From Eledone cirrhosa (Eukaryota), in NCBI GenBank assembly GCA_964016885.1, contig OZ024740.1, positions 293,136,001 to 293,200,000 on the forward strand: a stretch of 64,000 bases of DNA, in the 5' to 3' direction. How positions within the stretch are numbered: position 1 is the stretch's first letter; each line of letters starts with the position of its first letter. A model generated the notes under the pieces. The model made no database searches. It worked only from the letters and a program-made list of their open reading frames with translations, and was not told the DNA's origin. Shown piece by piece: positions 57,127-64,000 of this stretch. A program made the translations under genes and the position numbers.

Positions 57127-57158
<32 letters not shown>

Positions 57159-58692
57159 GCACACACACATATATATAATATACAGACATGTAATACTGTG
57201 ATATATACGTTGTTTTAATATCTATATATCAGCATATGTTTACAGATATTTGTCAGCACAAAAACACATAAACACACACACGTATGTATGTGTGTGTTGT
57301 TGTCTAGTGGCTTGAAAAAAGATGAAAAACCCTGTTTCTGCTTGGAGACCTTCATCCAAAAGCAAATGTCAGCCGTTTATACATGAAAAAGAAGGCTGAA
57401 GGGAAATGAATTGTTAACATCAACTATGTGGATGAAGAGAAAAGGTCAATAATCTTATTACCTTGCTTAAAGTGATGAAGAACTACTTAAATGTGCTGAA
57501 ATAAAATTAGGACTTACTGACGTTGAATTTGAAGAGAATAATATATGGTAATTTAGGATAACTTGTGAAAGAAAGGAAGTGCTAGGAGAAATGCAGTTAC
57601 ATGGACAATTCCAGGGAGATACCAAGAATGATAAAAATCACGAATCATTCGAAAATGGCTCCGAAGACGAAATATAAAAAGAGAATCATAAATTTTATGG
57701 CTGTTACCATCAAATACCAATTACTAATTCAAGAAAAGGGGATATTTATGGTACTCTGCTTCAACAAATATATACTACACGTGTAATGACTGTGTGGAAA
57801 ATAGTGATTTCTAATTTCGGTACAATGCTAGCAAATTTCATATTAGGACAAAGTTAATAAAAACCAATCCTTTTATTTGATTGGTACGTTATTTTATTGA
57901 CACCGGAAGGTTAAAATGCAAATTAGACATCAGTGGATCCAACGCTCTACTCATTCTATCAATCCGTCACTTTCTAGAGAGTGTAAAATATTAGCCTAGA
58001 TTAAGACAAATAATGGCATAATAAAGTTTGTCTTTGTTCACACTGGTCACTTTATAAACCTTACCGGCCAAGTTTTACAAACATGTGCAAGAAAGGACTC
58101 TTTGTAAATGTGGCAAACCAAAGATTCTATGGGGTTTTCTCATTAAGACAAACATTAAAAGAGAACTGTAGACTATATATAATTATCTTCATGGCATGGA
58201 TAAAACAAGAGATAATACTTCATAGTAGACGTGGTAATACCTGCAGACAGAAACATTGCAGACAAGAAATTGTAGACAATTGCAGACAAAGCAATTAGAA
58301 AATATCTGAAAGTAAGCTGAATGGAAAGTAAAAATATCTAGAATATAAGATGTCCAATAGCAAAAGTGATAGTCGTACCAATTATTTTCGGAATGATTAG
58401 GATCAATTCCCCAAATGCCATTATGGCTTTTTCAACAATTGGACATTGCAAGATTCATCTGAGTGCTCCAAAACCTTTCCCTGTTCATAATCTTAGAAGA
58501 GTACCTTCTACATAAGGCATTTCATTAAGGCCTAACAGTTTGAAAAAGAAAATGAAACAAATATTAGATCCACACAAATATATTTATACACATGTATATT
58601 TATATACAATTTGGCTGAATAGGACTGCTTTTCCAAGCAGCCCGTTACTTGCCATTGTCCACATTCCACTACCGTTCTGTTGACCGTTGCTC

Positions 58693-58965
58693 TTACGTTT
58701 ATACACCACACTGCAAAATGGGGCCCCGTGCTATGCGAACACAACAAAAATCAAACTCGCATCTCCGAACAAGATTACGGCACAATTATTTTATCTCAAC
58801 CTGGCCCGCTCTCTTTAACATTACACCAAAGTACATAAAAACAGAAACAGATACAATAAAATTCGAAACGTCTTTGGACAAATTCCTCCAGGAAATTCCG
58901 AATAAACCTCTTAAAACCCCGATTTGTCTCCGTAAACAATAACACTCTACTTGAATGGGCCATGA

Positions 58966-58968
<3 letters not shown>
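58693..58968 (+). pseudogene. CR1-like LINE 3' fragment
   Basis: PALFNITPKYIK...FETSLDKFLQEIPNKP C-terminal motif, followed by (TA)n. Confidence 0.6.
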
Positions 58969-61185
<2,217 letters not shown>

Positions 61186-61187
<2 letters not shown>

Positions 61188-64000
61188 CCATTTGTTAATA
61201 TGTTGTATATTTACTCCAATAATTTGTTGAGTGCTTTATATCAGTCATAAAAATATTTTGCTTGTTGTATCCCAACAAATTAAATATAACCTCTACATTT
61301 GCTCCTTTACTGTCGATCGCTTTAAATTATAACTGAAAAATAATGGAATTCTTTAAGATCTCTTCTTCTCTAAAGGACATACCTTTACCTAGGAATAAAG
61401 ACTTTATAAAACAATTAATAGAAAAAATCAGACTCATTTGTAAGAAGACTCAGGTGGCGTGCTTTCCACTTTGCTAAATCTGATGCAAAAGAGAATATTT
61501 CCAATCTTGATAGAATCTTCAAATCTAAAAAGAATCCACCTTGCAACAAACTACTAATGGATTTTGAAAATAAAATCATCTCTATCATTCAAAGCATTAC
61601 ATTTTTAAAAAAATTAACTTCATAGGCCAGGATTACCTAAGAAATCTCAAAAATAATATAGAAAGCTTTGAAAAAACAGAAAAAATTCTAGTCAAGTCAG
61701 ATAAAACCAACAATCTCTATGGAATGCAAAAGGATATTTATAGCGATCTTATATAAAGGAATTAAGGAAGAAATACAAAAAAACAACCTATGATGACCTT
61801 GAAAAATTGAAAACAGAAGCTTCTTACATAATGCAGGAATTAGGCATTGAAAATAGGACACAACCCTTCATGCCAAGGAAACCAAAAATTAATATGAAGG
61901 ACCATAAAAGGAATTTTGAAATTGAATTACCAGTTAGATTAATTGCACCATCTAAATCGGACCTTGGCATACTTAGCAAGAACATTTTAGACAGAATCAT
62001 ACCACAAATTAAAGAATTATCTTATTTAAAATTATGGAAAGGAACTAACGAAGTTATCGACTGGTTTAAAGTCATTAAATACAACTATGATAATAAGTTT
62101 ATTCAATTGGATATTGCTAATTATTACTCATCCATCACTCCTCATCTACTTAATAAAGCCCTAACATATGCATTTAAACATACAGATTTAACTAGTAATG
62201 AAATGCGCATTATCTTAACTGCACGGAAAACATTAATTAAATTTAACAACCACCTCTGGACTAGAGCAGACAGAGATAATAATTTCGATATCACTATGGG
62301 GTCATCTGATTCCGCCCAAATAACGGATCTTGTGGGGCTTTTTATTAATAATACTCTACATAGGAAAATACCGGAGATGACCGGAGGTTTATATCGCGAC
62401 GATATGCTATTACTTATAGAAAATAATTGTTTCTACTTTTGCCACAAGGCCAGCAATTACCCAGTATATTACTGGTACTTTATTTTATCGACCCCCGTAA
62501 GGATGAAAGGCAAAGTTAACCTCGGCGGGATTTGAACTGAGAACGTAAAGGGACGTAACTATGCTAAAAAGCATGGCATCCAACCCTCTACCGATACTGC
62601 CAATCCACCGCACTTATAGAAAATAATAATTTTGAAATAAATAGGAAAAGAAAAGAAATTATACAATTTTTTAATTACCTTAATCTTAAAGTAGAAATAG
62701 AGAATAATTATAAAATAGTTAACTTTCTAGATGTAACTTTAAACCTTAACACAGGCCTTTATTATCCATTTCACAAAATGAAAGAGAACTTAAACTACGT
62801 TAATTTTAATTCCAATCACTCCAGATCCGTTAAAAGCACTATAGTAAACTCTGTGCAGCAACGTATTTCTAGAATTTCAGCCAATAAGAATATTTTTGAA
62901 GATAAAGCGCAATATCATAACGAAGCGTTAGGTAGAGCCGGATATAGTAATACAATTAAATACATTGATAGTAATGATATGACAAATAACCATAATCTTA
63001 ACAACTATAATATGGTTATTAACCTTACAATAATTCAAAAAACAAAAAACGAAATAGTACTAGGAATATATTATGGTTCGCTCCTCCTTTCTCATTAAAA
63101 CTCCTATTGCTAAATTATTCTTTAAAGCTCTAGATAAATGCTTCCCTAGAACACATAGGTATTACTCAATATTTAATAGACATACTATAAAATTAACGTA
63201 TTCAACCACCAGTAATTTAGCGCAGAATATTAATAGAATTAATAATAGAAACTTAAAACCTAACCAGAATACCATTAATAACCCCAGCAATATCCAACTG
63301 AATTATACGGCACATAGAAACTCAAATTTTGATAAATGTAACTGTAGAAATAAATCTGACTGTCCGTTAAATAACAATTGTTTAGTTAAAAATATAGTAT
63401 ATAATTGTAATGTAAAAGCTAATTTAAATTCATTTAATTACGTAGGCTCTACCTCCACATATTTTAAGTCCCGTTTTAATAACCATAAATGCTCTTTTAC
63501 GAATATAAATAAAACATCCTCAACTTCTCTATCTAATTTACTATGGGACCTAAAATCAAAGAACACTAACTATTCTTTACTTTGGAATAGTATCTCCAAA
63601 GCTCCTCCATTCAATGCTTCTTCTGAAAATTGTGCTCTTTGTATAGAGGAAATATTCTTTATATTAACAAGTAAGAGTTCTGTTAATTTAAGAAATAATC
63701 TTTTCAGTTCTTGCAAACATAGGTAGAACTCAACGTTTAAATATATAAATAAAATGTAATAGATAACTCATCTTTATTAAAACTATCGATAATTCATTAG
63801 ATTCCTTCATATGACTGCTTATAACTCTCTTAAAAAGGTTTTTTCTTGAAAATCTTTTCTTGATAAACGTACTGAAAGATTTGAAGAAGGAGTTTTTTTT
63901 TTAATTCCTATGATGGGTATAATTCATAATTCATATTTTATACTGTGTATTTTATTTTCTATATTCTTATATCTTTATGAAAATTATAATTCATTTTTAA
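61186..64000 (+). mobile_element. Near full-length disabled PLE (F5 parent; RT and C-terminal GIY-YIG, Neptune/Nematis-like architecture)
   Basis: ATG at 61343 SLKDIPLP...RLRWRAF; KDHK, PVRLI, QLDIANYYSSI, FDITMGSSDSAQ, GGLYRDD, CNCRNKSDCPLNNNC, VYNC...YVGSTS; frameshifts present. Confidence 0.93.
62428..62611 (-). mobile_element. Full tRNA-SINE inserted in the PLE RT, 16-bp TSD
   Basis: acttatagaaaataat at 62412 and 62612. Confidence 0.92.

Overview
AT-rich, microsatellite-dense eukaryotic DNA with no recognisable host gene. The SINE repertoire and repeat landscape suggest a cephalopod, probably Octopus (inference, not proven). Most ORF-track entries are translations of (TA)n, (CA)n and triplet repeats. 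The real coding relics are mobile elements: Penelope-like elements (PLEs; RT plus C-terminal GIY-YIG) at about 5.6, 13.2, 15-16.4 and 59-64 kb, R4/Dong-type RLE retrotransposons in (TAA)n at 33-36 kb, RTE and CR1 fragments, a deleted mariner, and Helitron-like elements, plus many tRNA-derived SINE copies. The main hidden signal is non-coding. About a dozen sequence-distinct families of type I hammerhead ribozymes (HHR) with palindromic stem III sit in short elements, mostly inserted in (TA)n tracts and often as fold-back palindromes. Highlights are a 468-bp tandem HHR array (retrozyme or circular-RNA-like), an HHR in the loop of a long imperfect hairpin, an HHR-bearing insert next to the cleavage site of another HHR, and several non-canonical catalytic cores. 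All folds were read by eye and coordinates are approximate to a few bases.
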